This document shows, in pieces, positions 1-13,425 of a stretch of DNA of 64,000 bases. Position numbers and translations under genes: made by a program. The first letter of the stretch is position 1; each line of letters begins with the position of its first letter. The notes beneath the pieces were generated by a model that saw nothing but the letters and a program-made list of their open reading frames with translations, made no database searches and was not told the origin of the DNA. Location: positions 53,754,001 to 53,818,000 of the forward strand of contig CM060734.1 in assembly GCA_030704615.1 (NCBI GenBank), given 5' to 3'. Source of the stretch: Takakia lepidozioides. Lineage: Eukaryota > Plantae > Bryophyta.

Positions 1-208
1 AGTTCTACCGTCTTGAAATAACCTCAATTGAGACTAGAACGGAGGATGCGGCACATCTGTGCAGCGCTTCTTCATGCCTATGAAACCCTAGGATACAGCA
101 AGCGATTAGGTCACGACGATGTCATTGGATTGATGGTCACTCTGCGGTTACGATTGGATCACAAGAGTAGAGCTGAGGGTCAGGGGTGGAGAGGACCAAC
201 AGTCTGAC

Positions 209-3200
209 ATGGAAGGGCGTTCTCCCATAATGGAGTGCCCTCGTGACACCAGCGATGATGATGATTACTTCGAGGCATCGATTTTTGTTGATGAAAGGTG
301 ACGCAACATCCCCTTGCTTGCAGTCCATCGAATTCTATGTCCACTACCATAGTTGGCACTCTTCCAATCTATACTTTCAACAATGGGTGTGCGTTGTCTT
401 GAGGACTCACAAATGAGTTGATCTTTCAGTACTGACTTAAGATGCGTGGCTCTTTAACCCTTCTTAATTCGATACTCGGCTCTGATAGGGATGTAGAGAG
501 TTCTTTGCAGTAAGCTGCGGTCAAGGTTTATTGCAACAATGCTGGCCACGTTTCAAGCTGTGGTTGTCACTGTTATAGCTCTAGAATTAGTGATATAGTA
601 GTACGAAGCTCTGATCAGTAGATATTTCTGCGTCCCTTTTTCCAGCAAGAGGTCGTCACAAAAATGTTGTGCTCCTGCTGGATGTTTAGGCTTCCTGTCG
701 AGGGCTTTCTGATGGACGCTAGGTAGGTGGAGTTGCAGTGGGTTCATGTTGTGTTCCCCTGTGGATATATAACATTCCTCTCTTTCTTTCTTTTTTCTCT
801 CACGATATAAAGCAATGTTCCCCTATCCTCTAGGAGTGAGTAAAGGGTTCAGGGTTGAAGATTGAAGGTTTTAGGCGATTCTTGTGCTTTTCGTATTATT
901 TGGTGGCTCCAAGGTTCAGGATAGAGTCTGTAATTTCTTCATCTTCTTATGAGCACCTGTACCAATTTCTCCTAATATCTTCCCCAATTTCTGTTTTTTT
1001 TTTCTGGGGGGGAGTGTTCCCAAAGAAGTCAGCTTATTATATATTTCCTTGCTGATGGAGCAAGAGTGACCCATGGTTCTTGGTGCAGTTACGTGACACG
1101 GGATTTTATTCTAGGCCCCCACATCATCAAAGTTCTTTGCCTCCAGTCGGCTTCCAGTAAGTATTTGATGCTGAAATTGTTCTTGTTATTTTGGCATGTT
1201 TGACTGAGGCTGCTATGCCCAGTAATTTAGAGTTCACCATGTGTACCTTCTTAGTGCTTTGAGGGCTGCAAACTTCTCCAGGAAGCTGCTAGCTTTATCA
1301 TGGCAAAGTCTCCAAGACTTTGTCCTTACCAGCTTCCTGCAGTCATACATTTATAACTTCAGGTCATCCAAGAACCAACCAGGTACAGGCCTGTGTTGGT
1401 GACCTGGTTGATAACTAGAAAATATATACATGGAAGAAGCCAGATAGGAAAGATTTTGCTGAGATGATGGCTCTTCGAACTCAAACTCGTGCAAGATTAT
1501 TAACCACCTCGCTATCCTTCCACTTATCAAAGGTTTGTTCACTCAAAAGTAGGCTATCGTTGACTTGAATTCACCACCCGCTGTCTAGCCACAGTCACTT
1601 TACCTCTTTTCAATATGATTTTGCTGCAGTTCCTGGAAAGATAAGAAGCCTAAGCATCAATGTGTACAGTGAAGCGGCAACCTTGGCAATTGAATCGGGG
1701 TGATTAACTAAGATTGCCTGTGGGGAGGGTAGCCGATTATGATCTTACGGGGCAGCTGGTGTGGCCAGGGGCAGAGCTTCTAAATGACTACTTGGTGGCT
1801 CGTGCCCCACTTCTTGAAGGCCTCTCAGTCATTGAACTTGGCTCGGGTGTTGGTGAGTGTCTAGAGGCTCCCAGCTTTCTCCCCTTGGATGTCAGTAATT
1901 AGCACTAGCTGTCATGTTGAGGCCTCAGTCATTGAACTTGGCTCGGGTGTTGGTGAGTGTCTAGAGGCTCCCAGCTTTCCCCCCTTGGATGTCAGTAATT
2001 AGCACTAGCTGTCATGTTGAGGTTGTGCAATTATGTGATCCAATCACTTGACTAAGATTGACTCAGCATGATAGTTATTACATCCAACCAAAGGCACTGT
2101 GCGGGGTGGATGAGACAGGTCCCTGAGATTGGTTGGTGAATTTCTGGGCGTTTGTTTTAGACTATGGGCACATGAAGTGTAACATACAGAAAGTTCTGGG
2201 AGTCAATCTTGTTGGGGGTGGTGATAGGCCTCACAGGGCTCCTATGCGCCCATTTCTGTCATCAAGTGGTCATGACAGATCACAATGCTACAGTGCTCAA
2301 GGCATGTCCTATTCCATTCCATGCTCTCAGTTGTTGTGTTAGAGCTCAGTCTTCATCTTCTGTTTCTGGATGTCTGCCCCCTGGTTCACTTTTGATGAAC
2401 AACTTCCTCTGTGTTACTTGTAGACTCCTTGAATGCTGGATTTGAACTGGGTGCAGGAATGTGTGTCAGCAGTGTGCTATTCGAGTGCAGTAGCACAGTG
2501 CTGTTTTAACCAGTAGACTTTCCCACACTTCCTTTGTCTTTTCATAGAGGTATATGTTCTGATGGATCAGAGGTTGAGAGAAACAAACCATGGTGGGGCA
2601 TACAGGTCATGGAGAGGAACGTCAAATTGCAGAGGTCATTCGAGGGTGGCGCTTACACCAGCAGTAGGTTTTCTGCAACACCTATGTAGAGTACTCTATT
2701 TTTCCAAGCAGTGAAATTTCTGGCGACAACCTTCAGGGGTACATTGGAACGATGAGTGTCCTTCCGTCGGCCTCTCATATGTTGTCCTCATCAAAATGTG
2801 CTGCAACCTGATCGGTTCATGCAGATGTGGATTGTGAGGAGCTGGAGTGGGGAAATGAAGGCCATATGGCACACATTCAGGACAGATACCCCCTCGGCTT
2901 TGATTTGATTCTGGGTGCTGATATCTATATCCTTCTACCAAGTCTTGCATTGTTACCCTGCTATCAAAATCTGTCATGAATGTCACTTTAGATGGCAGCA
3001 GCATGGCCGTGGCAAGCCATATATTGACTTGCCAAGCCAAGGACTAAATCGAGTGCTCATAGAAGGCACTGCAGGTGTTTTCACTGTTGTAGCTTATTTA
3101 TGCACTCACTAGTGTTTCTTCAATTCAATCCAGGCTAATATGTGAGGCTGCAAGTGAAGTTTTCATCCCCATAAATTTTGGAGCGAGTGACCCTTGACAG

Positions 3201-3680
3201 GCAGGTGGTGGTTACGTTACCAGCAAAACAGCATACCTTTACTTTTCACCACAGTCAAGAATCTCATGACACACAAACCAGTGGGTACCTGTACTTTTGT
3301 GCTGGCCTACGTTTCACGTGCAAACAGGTCGGCCCCTTCATTCATGATGCCTTCTCTCTTGCCCTCTGCATGGACGGCGTTTGACTACTTAGGAAAAAAG
3401 TGTGGTTGGATTTTCTTCCATATGTGAAAATCTGGCTTATTCTATCCAATTGCCTTTCTCCATCAGATTTTGTGGTCCTGTTAGTTCCACTTCTTGGTTT
3501 TTGTCTTTTTTTAACTATCCCTCTCTGCATGTGGATACAATGTGCAGCAATGATGCAGTGTTGATGGCAGAAGCCAGGAAGCACAAAGTGGAAGTCATTG
3601 AAGTTCCTGGGACCAGAAAGCAAGTGGCAGGTGGTGCACATGAGGGGGTCGTGTATGAAATATCCCTGAGGCCTGGGTAA
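209..3680 (+). CDS. METTL21-like / Methyltransf_16 protein lysine methyltransferase, 8 exons (209-297, 1089-1156, 1733-1852, 2228-2301, 2606-2663, 2825-2926, 3216-3327, 3548-3680)
   Basis: Hand-spliced protein: MEGRSPIMECPRDTSDDDDYFEASIFVDES-YVTRDFILGPHIIKVLCLQSAS-TDYDLTGQLVWPGAELL...VIELGSGVG-LTGLLC...VVMTDHN...LEWGN...FDLILGADICYQQ...FVLAYVSR...EGVVYEI. SAM-binding motifs are present and all exon phases are compatible. Confidence 0.9.
1351..1545 (-). mobile_element. Ty3/gypsy RNase H remnant in intron 2 of the methyltransferase
   Basis: NKPLISGRIARWLIILHEFEF resembles the C-terminal motif of gypsy RNase H. Confidence 0.55.
1819..2020 (+). repeat. ~100-bp tandem duplication spanning the end of exon 3 and its 5' splice site
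   Basis: 1819-1920 and 1921-2020 are near-identical (ggcct..cagtcattgaacttggctcgggtgttggtgagtg...gtcatgttga). Confidence 0.95.
2927..3215 (+). other. U12-type (AT-AC) minor-spliceosome intron
   Basis: 5' end ATATCCTT, branch site CCTTGAC at ~3192, 3' end TTAC. Removing it restores GADI-C-YQQ. Confidence 0.9.
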
Positions 3681-4889
3681 CAAGTGAATGGAAGTTTTCA
3701 ACATGCATTTTAAACATTCGAATTTTTTTGCACCAATGCCAATCCCCCACATTACAACCACGAAGCTGTCTTGCTGTCAGAGGAGTGCCAAACTCTGCAC
3801 TCTGGCAACCTGAAACTTTGCTTGTTGGGCTCAGCCCCTCTCGGAGACTAACCATTCAATTGTCCAGCCATCCATTGCAAAGCAGTTCAGCGGTATACAC
3901 CTCAGTTCCCCAGAATGGAAAGCAAGAACTACTTTTTATGCAGAGTTGGGACTTTTTGCATAGACTTCGCCAGTGTGATGAAAAATCCGGTGGGAAAGTT
4001 GAGCAGCCATATCGGCTGAAGTCCCTGCACAGCATGCTGATTACAAAACATGTTAAGTGTGTGTGATTGAAAGCACCCACCTACTGTTGGGAAGGCAAAT
4101 GTAATGTGGAGCATGCTGTTTGAATGATACCTCAAATGCAGCTTCTCCCTCTCAATCCATTTGGATTCTCATTTGAAATCATTTGGATTTCCATAGGATC
4201 AAAGGAGAAGTGCTTATGTAACACCCAACCTACCAGCAGAAGCACCATTTGTATGCTAACCTCCATGCCTTTGGAGCTTCACCACTGACTAACCCCAACT
4301 AGTTATCCTAACCAATATTCAAACAACCTAATCCACATCACATGTACTACTGGCTGTTAGATCTTGATGACACGCATGTAGATATCTGCACGGTCTACTT
4401 TTCCAGATGGGATGGCTAGCATTTTGGCCCCACCAGTGCAAAAAGGAGAGAGGGATAGAGAAGGAGATGATGCCAACCGAAGTTAGTGTACATGAGAGCC
4501 TCTTAGGAATGAGAAAGATACTTTCCAATAATAAATTTGGACTAGTGTGGCTTGGGCCGTTGAGCACATAATGTACCTATGTCACACCGTGTGAGAGTTT
4601 CCACGACCGGAGACATATCGTGCACTCTCACATGTTGGGCATGTGTACGTTAGCCAATTCTCCACAAAATCAAACACGCCCATTTTCATATGCATAAATA
4701 AGATTGAAGTCTAACCAAGTTGATGTACAATGGTTTTTGCCTCATAGTGGGAGTTCGGCAAGGTATGGTCTTTGGGCAACACGGATTTCTTCAAAAAGAC
4801 AGCTGGCGCTCGTCTACAATGTATTTGTACATTTGTGGAGGGTGCAAGCAAATAGTAGCATTAAAGTATCAGGTTAGTGATTGCGAGTG

Positions 4890-5145
4890 TATCCCACCCC
4901 TACTCAGCGAGGGGTTCCAGTGGTAAAAAAAACCCGGGCGGAGGCTTGTGGTTTGGAGGATCTTACAGTGACAAGCAAAACAAGACAAATGAGGTACTTG
5001 CTTAATATATGCACCTCTACTCATCGAGGGCTTTCTAGTGGTATTAAGAACCATGGCGGAGGCCTTGTGGTTTGGGAGATCTCAACATGACAAAACAAAC
5101 TACATTGTTTAATATATTGACTAGTGTTGCCGTTGAGCACATATT
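4890..5145 (-). mobile_element. Non-autonomous Helitron fragments with a head-to-tail CTAG|TC junction at 5121/5120
   Basis: Same terminal motifs as the 8529-9522 array (aatatattga|ctagtgttgccgttg). Related fragments lie at ~5320-5360 and ~6350-6420. Confidence 0.55.
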
Positions 5146-6117
5146 GTAATGTCGTTTTACCAAGTGATATACACGTATTTATATTTATGACCAGGTGTGC
5201 CAAAAGACAAATATAGGGCCAATATTCCAGAAAAACCCAATTTGATATTTTTCACGAATTTTCAGTGGCAAAAAATACTTGAAATCCAATCAATATATCC
5301 TACACTAGGTCCAAAATTACAAAACCACCTCGATGTATCCCTACTCATCGAGTGTTTTCCAACAATATTAACCCCTAAAGGACGAGAGTTTTTTTGCGAC
5401 TTTTTAGGACAACTTGACATGGCCCGACAAGAGTGGATGTATATTGTTGCCAAAGTTCATCCATGTGGATGAACCATACAATGTTGTCAATAACTACATC
5501 ATATAGGTGGTAAAAAATTATTAGGTCATTCCACCTTTGGAATGAGCAGATTATAATGTGGGAGTGCCCCCCCTTTCTACGCTCATACAAAAACTCATGG
5601 AAAAACTTGGTTTGACCACCAATTTTCTCCATCTAGTTGTGGGGTCCCCTCCAACCAATTGCTGCCTACCATGTGCAGGATATTGTGTCCAAATTTCAGC
5701 ATGTAATGACCTATTTTCATTAATACCCCTTTGTACGTAACTGCTTAGGGATACCCATGGTAAAAAGAACAAGGCTTTTGCTTGGATGTAGCTAGCAGTG
5801 AAAATTTTGCATGGCAAGAAAAATTTCAATGGTGAGTAGATGCCAGATAAGAATACAAAGAGAATGCACCAATTCATACGAAATTTCCAAGATTGGTTCA
5901 GGGGGATGTAGCATAGAATGAATTGTCCACATATCTTGGCCCCATGCTCTCATTGGTTCACGTCACATAGTCAACACACTCAAAACTTGAACACCACACA
6001 AAATATGCACTTTTCGCAAATGTTCAAAATTTTAGGGGGATTTGGCGCATTTTTGGTGCATTCAATAGCTGACAGTGTAAGCTATAACTGTGTTTTGGGG
6101 CACATATCACGTTGGAT

Positions 6118-6232
6118 GTGATTGTGGGTTCAAACCACCGTCTGGTGTGTCATGAAGGTGTCCACCTTTCAGCTGGAAGTAGCCTTTGTGGTGAAGAGAC
6201 ACCAGGCGTCTATGTTTTATTTTATTTTATTT
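6118..6232 (+). mobile_element. tRNA-like SINE family copy
   Basis: ttgtgggttcaaaccacc...ggtgtccacct...tagcc...gacacca plus T-rich tail, shared with the 9817, 13339 and 49118 copies. Confidence 0.6.
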
Positions 6233-8528
6233 TGCTTTGGGCCCACCTCCCAACTCCGTCTGATACCATCCTGACCATGTTACAACTAAGTGAAAAAACA
6301 ATGAGACCCGAAATGGGTCGCATCGTCCTTTAGGGGTTAAGAACCTGGGCGGGATGGGAGATCTCAACGTGACAAACAAAACAAAACAAAACCAACAAAC
6401 TACCTTGCTTGCTTGGTATCTTGATTCCGCCATGGTGTTAGATGAGAGTCATTATTGTGGATGATAAAATATTTGGATAAAACCCATTTTCCATCCATAT
6501 GATAGAGGCATTATATATTTATGTTTATGTTATCAGAATAAGAATAAAAAGGAAATAGAATGTTTGGAGTAAGTTCATAATAGCACCTTATACCCCCTCA
6601 TGCTTAACAAAAAGTTTAAGAACCAAGTGGACCTTGGTCAAAGCGACTAGTGCTTTTCCGACCATAACCGGGATAACGTGGGTGCCCAAAACTTGTCCCC
6701 ACCTCTAGGAGTCCTCCCTTGCGTAGAATCGTACACCCGTCATAGAACCCATGTGGAGTAGGACCCAAAACCACCCGATACCCCTATAAAAGATTTCCTT
6801 TACGGAGGATCCAACTTATTCCATTGACCCTGTACGTCCTAACTCCTAACCTTCGGCATAACCCTACCCGAAGAATGCGGTGTTGTGTAACCCGGTTTGG
6901 ACAAGGTCATCCAATCGCAACCTAGGGCATGTGGGACCTTTTTTGTAAAAAACCATTAACCGGGGAAAAAGCCCTGAAAATAATATTAACAAGCGGCTAC
7001 TCACCTATGGCTCCTCTTTGTGAATAGTGGAATGTACTTTCATCCATAATAAACTTGGAAATTCATCCATTTATTTTTCATAAGTTGTTCAATAATAGAG
7101 TAGGCACATCAGGGAAGTACTTTTGAGAGGAGGTGACACCTAGGAAGGCACAATAGGTGATTAACGATTTTTGACACTGATGCCTACTCTCCTTTTTAGA
7201 ATGAAGAGAAGCCAATAAAGCACGGAATACACATGGCGAAATAACCAGGGCCATGGAAGGTGAAACACATGGGCATTGCATGGAACCGAACGAGGGAAAC
7301 ATAGAGAAAAATGAATGGAGCCTAACCAGAGGTACACAATACAAGAAAGAAACACAAGAGCCCCAAAACGAAGGGCTCAACAGAGAACAAACGAGAGTAA
7401 TCAAGGTATGCAAACTTGACTATCAATATATTGATAACAGAAACCGGTGTTCTTTTTTTTCAATTAATTAATTTAAAAATATATGTATTTGGCAATTAGG
7501 TGTCAGTTTTTAATATCTCTTTCATATTGATAACCAGATGTTTTTTTTTTTTTTTTTCACTATCTGCTAGTATATTTTCAGGGCCTCCGTTCACTTATTT
7601 AATTTTATTATTAAAAAAAACAAAAACAAAAACAGATGTTCCATATTGCTAAAGATCCGGATAGAGACCGAGATATATGGTGAAAAGACAACCGGTTATC
7701 AACAGTATGACAGTGCATGTGTGGCCCCGGAGCTTTGGAATTTGGTAAAGATGTCATTGTGACATCGGTAAAGTTGGAACCGTGCCTGCTGTGCATTGCT
7801 TTACATGTAATCCAAATGTAGGAGCATTGAAAAGGCAAAGGGGGGGTTTGGCGGGTTTGACAATATGCCTCAATGAAATGTGGTGTCTTGGAACACGAAA
7901 ATGGTTATGTGTCGGTAGGTAGATCCTATGATTTAACTTACATATTACAAACATGTTTGGTTACTTTCAAGGAAACCTTCCGAAGAGTAAACCGGCGTGC
8001 GCACACATTCTAGAAAGCCAAAGGGATGACTTTGTAGCTCGTCGACCTACTACGATGCTACTATGGAGGTGTGCAGAGCGGGAGAGTGACTAGGCGGAAG
8101 AATAAGGCTGGGCTTTGGCTTTGGCATTGAAGTGGGTGAAGTATGCATCTAGGAGCCTCCAGAGGGGTTGAGGGGCACAATGGAGATACCATTATGACCC
8201 CGCTATGGAAAATTTTCGGGTGGATATGCGCATGAGGGCACGGGATGGAGGCTTTGAAGACCCTAAAACTAGATTTTCCTTAAGAGTATAAAAAATATAA
8301 CAACTATAAATGAATCAGTCTAATAATGGAGTCATTCAATAACTGGTGGCTATGTGCAAATATACATTTTTCCTCTTTGTACCTTGCGGACGTTTCTGTC
8401 CCCTGCAATATTTATAAATAGTTTAAGGGTGTCCACTCCTTTTCAAATAAAAAATAAAATAAAACTACAATAGCCGGAGCTATTGATAACCTGCAGTTTG
8501 AAATATTCTTGGTCATAACCAAAGGATA

Positions 8529-9522
8529 CTAGGGTAGGATGTGCCGTTGGCCCAAGTGTGCACTGTCATCTAAGTCCAAGTGCAATCCCATATGTATCAA
8601 AGTGTGTCTCCTATGTCGAGCCCTATGTGTGAAGAATTGAAATCTAAGACCAAGTGCAATTTCCTCTATATCCAAGTGTGTGTCCTATGTCGAGGCCCAT
8701 CTAAGCCCCAGTGCAACCTTCTATTCATGGATCCAAGTACATCTCCCATGTAGAGGCCCAAGTGTCCAATCTCATCTAAGTCTAATCATTTTCCACAAAG
8801 CCTACGACCAGATTTGAACCGGAGACCTTTTCCTTGATATCTCTCATGTCGAGGCTCCAACCATTGTCCAAGGAGAGCCCACTTTGCTACCGAATTTCCA
8901 GCGATCCAAAGTACTTGAAATTCCACATCTCCCAAGTCCATGCACCCCTCCTCATCGAGGGCCAACGGTACCAAGCACTTAGGGTGGGGCCCCGCAGTTT
9001 GGGACATCTCAAATCTACAAAACAAACGTCTCGATTCATATATTGACTAGGGTAGCCTGTGCCGTTGGCCCAAGTGTCAAGTGTCATCTAAGCCCAAGTG
9101 CAATCTCCTATGTATGCAAGTGCATCTCCTATGTCGAGGCCCAAGTGCGACTAGGGTAGCCTCCCCTGTTGGCCCAACGGTCCAATGTCATCTAAGTCCA
9201 AATGCATTTTTTTTTCCACAGAGCCGATGACCAGATTTGAACCAGAGACCTTTCCCTTGATATCTCTCCTCTCGAGGCTCCAACCATTGTCCCAGGAATT
9301 CCCACTTTGCTATTTTTCGGGAATTTCCAGCGACCCAAAGTACTTGAAATTCCACATCTCCCACACCACAGGTCCAAAAATCATGAGACCGAGTCCGTGC
9401 ACCCCTCCTCGTCGAGGGCTTTCCAACGGTACCAAGCACCAGGGCTAAGGCCTCGCAGTTGGGGACATCTCCAATCTACAAAACAAAACAAAACAAAACA
9501 AACGTCTCGATTCATATATTGA
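8529..9522 (-). mobile_element. Tandem (head-to-tail) non-autonomous Helitron array
   Basis: On the minus strand: 5' A|TC at 9522, 3' CTAG|T at 8529, internal CTAG|TC junction at 9047/9046 and another CTAG end at ~9150. A GC hairpin (ccgttgggccaac-g) lies near the 3' ends. 8790-9046 is duplicated at 9215-9522. Confidence 0.75.
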
Positions 9523-9799
9523 TGAGAATTTTGGAATTTGCTTAAGAACTTGAGTCGATAGGAGTGACATTTCTAAGGGAATTAATATCCATAATTGGCA
9601 GTTATAAAAATATATGATAACCACCCAATATTGGTGGTCACCATACTGTAACTCAAGGTTGGATGACAAGGCAGCGGAGACCAAACATCCAGCAACATGG
9701 AGCTCAATTTTGTTTTATCTAATGTATAACAATTATTTTAAAAAAAAATCTCAAAGGCTCTGTAGCACATCGATCAACCAACATTTAGCCAAGTGCTAA

Positions 9800-11502
9800 G
9801 GGCATACTTCACTAATGGTTGTGGGTTCAAATCAAAAGTGTCCACCTTCCACCGGACGGCAATAGCCCTTCAGAATTAGGTGACACCATAATTTATGTTT
9901 GCTTTGGCAATGTGTTCACATTTTTTTTGTAGCACGTCGTTGCCCTACAGTGTGCCGAGTTTAGCCTTTTGGTATCTATCAGGAAATGAGGCTTTATGAG
10001 GATTTGCATCACAATCATCGCTTTTCATGTCAATGATAATTGATGTCTTTCAAGGCCCACAAATGTTCGATTAAGTCATTCATGAGATTGAAATGCGTCT
10101 CCGCATTCTTCAATTCTTCAGTTCCTTGCTTGTAGGCTTCAAAGGACAACCCTCCTCTCAATTGTGTGCCACTACTGCCATCAAAATAAAACCTCCAGAT
10201 TTGAACTACTCTCATCTTCTATAATCATGTTGTGTAGAATCACACAAACTATCATAATGTCTGTGATTGTACCCGTATCCCATTGCCTACAAGGATTTTG
10301 AATGATTGCAAATCTGGATTGAAGGACACCAAAACACCTTTCTACATCTTTTCTTGTGGACTCCTGCATCTTCGCGAAGTGTTGTCGTTTCAAATCTTGA
10401 GGTTCGTGAATGGTCTGCACAAAATACTCCATCTCGGATATATGCCATCTGCCAGTAGATAATATCCTGGGTATGAGTTCCCATTTACAGCAAGAGTCAT
10501 GTTTGTGGCTTCACCCTTCGAACAACAAATCTACAACTTGAGGAGATTTGTCGAGAACATTGACATCATTGTTTCCTCTTGGTAGCCTGAAAAAAACATG
10601 TTATATCCATCTACAACAGCTTCGAGTATAATGGATATGCTCTTGTCTTTGTCTTAGAGTTGGCCTTGCCAAGCAACAGGGTAATTTTTCCACCTATAAT
10701 GCATACAATCAATAGACGCGAACATCCCTGAAAATCCCTTCTCCTCATTAATTTTCAGTTGCTTCAAGAGGTCTTCCTATGTTGGCTGCCTCAAATAAGT
10801 CCCCTCGAAAATTCCTCTAATTGCTCTCACACATCGTTTCATGGCTTCTTATATGGTTGTATTCTCCCCCAACCGACAGTATTCATATGTCGAGTCAGTT
10901 GCAACTCCGTATGCAAGCATCCTCAGTGTAGCTGTGCATTTCTGAAATGATGACAAGCCAAGAATCCTAGCAGCATCTCTTTTCTGCGCAAAATATGAAT
11001 CATGGGCACAAATTCTCTCTAATATTCATAGAAACAACCTTCGCTTCATCTTGTAGTGTCGTCAAACATTTTGTCATCGTAGATTGGTGAAGCCCTGAAG
11101 TAATCTCGAAAAATTATGTCATGACCAACCTCTCTTTCTCTCTCTCTGCAAATTTGTACTACGCCTTGCCCGAGATCCACCATGTCTCTTATTTGGAGGA
11201 CTTGAAGAAATTTGTCCAAGTTCATTTACCAAAATGTTGCCGAACATCTCCTCACAATCATTGTCTTCGAGTTCTTCTTGCAAGGTTGCTTGAAGTTGCT
11301 GCCACCATCGCTACATCTTTATCATCGCTGCATCCCCATCATGGGATGACTCTAAGCACTAACGAGCACCAGCATTGTGTAGGCTCTAGTTTTAACGGGA
11401 AACGGGTGGGTCAATTTGGAGTTGGCCGTTACTTGTTTTGGGGAACCCGTCACAGCCCACGATAATGGGGCTATTTATAAGCCACGGTCGTTAAAGATGC
11501 TC
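9800..11502 (-). mobile_element. PIF/Harbinger DNA transposon with degraded DDE transposase (~10030-11200)
   Basis: FAKMQESTRKDVERCFGVLQSRFAII...CVILHNMIIEDE is the plant Harbinger transposase motif. Upstream pieces encode GFSGMFASIDCMHY, with many stops and frameshifts. Candidate imperfect TIRs (gggcat.. / ..atgctc) are each flanked by TAA. Confidence 0.85.
9817..9928 (+). mobile_element. tRNA-like SINE family copy, nested at the Harbinger end
   Basis: ggttgtgggttcaaatc...gtgtccaccttcc...aatagccctt...tgacaccataa...gctttggcaatgtg plus T tail. Confidence 0.6.
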
Positions 11503-12639
11503 TAAGAGGATTTCAGGGCGCATCTTCCCTATATAGAGGACTTATCTTAATTTAAATTATTATTTTTTCATTACTAACATGGTCTTATTTGTGCTATTAA
11601 TAAGTATAAAAATCCACAATTACAATTGGAAGGTCAATAACAGTGTTGGGCGGGTACGTAGGTCAGAGCTGGGTATGTACAGGGGTATGTCCAACCTGAC
11701 CGCCGGCCCCAAACCGGTTTTTTACCTGCCTCAAGACTTACCTAGGGCACGGGTTTGGCTCTCCCTGGGCCCGCCCCAAGAGCTAGCTACATAAGAGGGT
11801 TAAGGTTCAAGGAGGCCCGCCAAAAGCCATAGTGGGGTTAGAGCTGTAGGAGGGCCTGGCTGGCCGGGCTTGTGGAATGAGGAGAATGAGGGCATGTGAG
11901 AGATGGGCCAAGGTTGGTGATGGCTAGTGATAGTTAAGGAAAAGAGGGTGCTAGGGATTATGAGTAACTTAAGCCATTGGCGATGTCCCAAAAAATGTTA
12001 GAGAAGTTGGAGTCATTTAAAGAATATATATATACATATTAAATAAAAATCATGACATGTCCTTATGATACATGACCGGGGGGCTTTTAATGACAAGTCG
12101 GGCCATAGGTCATGTCCTCGGTGATATACCCGTCCAACCTTGGTCAATAATAACCAATATGGATACTAATTTGAAGAACAAGAAACGTAAAATCTTGCAC
12201 TTCATATTTAGCTTCTAATAAAGTTTACCTGAATGAAACTTGGGAGATGCGGGTAGAGAGAAATAGACAATGATTCTTTACAAATTTTAGGTCTTTGCAT
12301 TATCGAAGATGTCTAAAGATGAGTCTCCACATGGATAAAAAAAAGACCTATCATTAGGTTATAAAGAGTATTTGATTCAAGAATAAGCAAAAAGAGAAAA
12401 ATTAATATGATGCATCCACATCCGCAGCTTTTCAATATGGACTTCTAAAAACAATTGGAAGAATTTTATGTTTGGAGAGAAAAAAAGAAAAAAAAAGAAA
12501 AAAACTAACATATCTTAGAAAATTGGGTCATTCCTTAGTACAACCAAAATCATGTTTTACTGATTTTTCGGCAAAACTGACGTGACGTTGGTCGCGTCAG
12601 CGTCAGGTCCGACGTGACGTCACTGACGTGTGCAACCCT

Positions 12640-12800
12640 GGCCTTGGTAGGCGGCTCCGATACCTATCTTGTGGTCAACTCCTCTTCGCGGTGGCAAGCC
12701 GCTTGGCAAGTCCTCCGGCATCACATCCTGGTATTTCTCCAAGATCCTCTTGATCCAATCTGGGCTCGGCTCCCTATCAACTTCTTCTTCCACTTGTCTT
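12640..12800 (-). mobile_element. Ty3/gypsy pol fragment (pre-RT region)
   Basis: IKRILEKYQDVMPEDLPSGLPPRRGVDHKI. Confidence 0.75.
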
Positions 12801-13338
12801 ACATATAGAAAAAACAAACAAACAAACAAACAAAAAACAGATTTAGCAGTAGTTCATTTTGATTGTGACACAAATATACCAAGTGAAAAAACTTACATTA
12901 GAGTGGAAGGTGCAGTTTGAAGAAGAATTGTTGTATTGAAAGCAAAATGCAGATTGTCCAGGTTTCTTTTGAGAACATATATATTATGGACCAAGACATA
13001 ATATAAAACGTGTTCCAATGTCACATTGAGGAAAAATAAAAATAAAAAGTATAAATTTCCAATTTATTATTTAATTGGAAAAACTTGAATGAGAGATATA
13101 GACCATTGAGAAGGCAATTAAAAACCCTCATATTAAAATAGTGAATTTGAGACCCACAAGCAAATGTGCTATAAAATTGTAATTGTGCCTTAAAAATGAC
13201 GACAACAACAACGTCGATGACGACAACATTAACAATAATAAATTGGAACCCGAGTCAACCGGGCACCTAATGTGTGGGTAGTTGAGGACTTTTCAATCCT
13301 TTGGAGAGGTTTACATAACCTGGATTTACAGCTATTAG

Positions 13339-13425
13339 AAGGTGTCCAGTGTCCACCTTCAAAATGAAAAGCAATAGCCCTTTGCGGTGAAGTGACATTA
13401 TAAGTTACGCCTGCTTCGGCATGAG
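13339..13425 (+). mobile_element. tRNA-like SINE family, 3' portion
   Basis: gtgtccaccttc...gcaatagccctttgcggtgaagtgacattataagttacgcctgcttcggca matches the 49118 copy. Confidence 0.55.

Noticed and set aside
664-722. Alternative first exon of the methyltransferase (MLCSCW...MDA|gtaggt)
   Set aside because: The phase is compatible, but exon 209-297 supplies the conserved acidic N-terminus and nothing further supports this one.
3728-8400. Numerous 60-112-aa ORFs
   Set aside because: No protein motifs; they overlap AT-rich intergenic DNA and decayed repeats.
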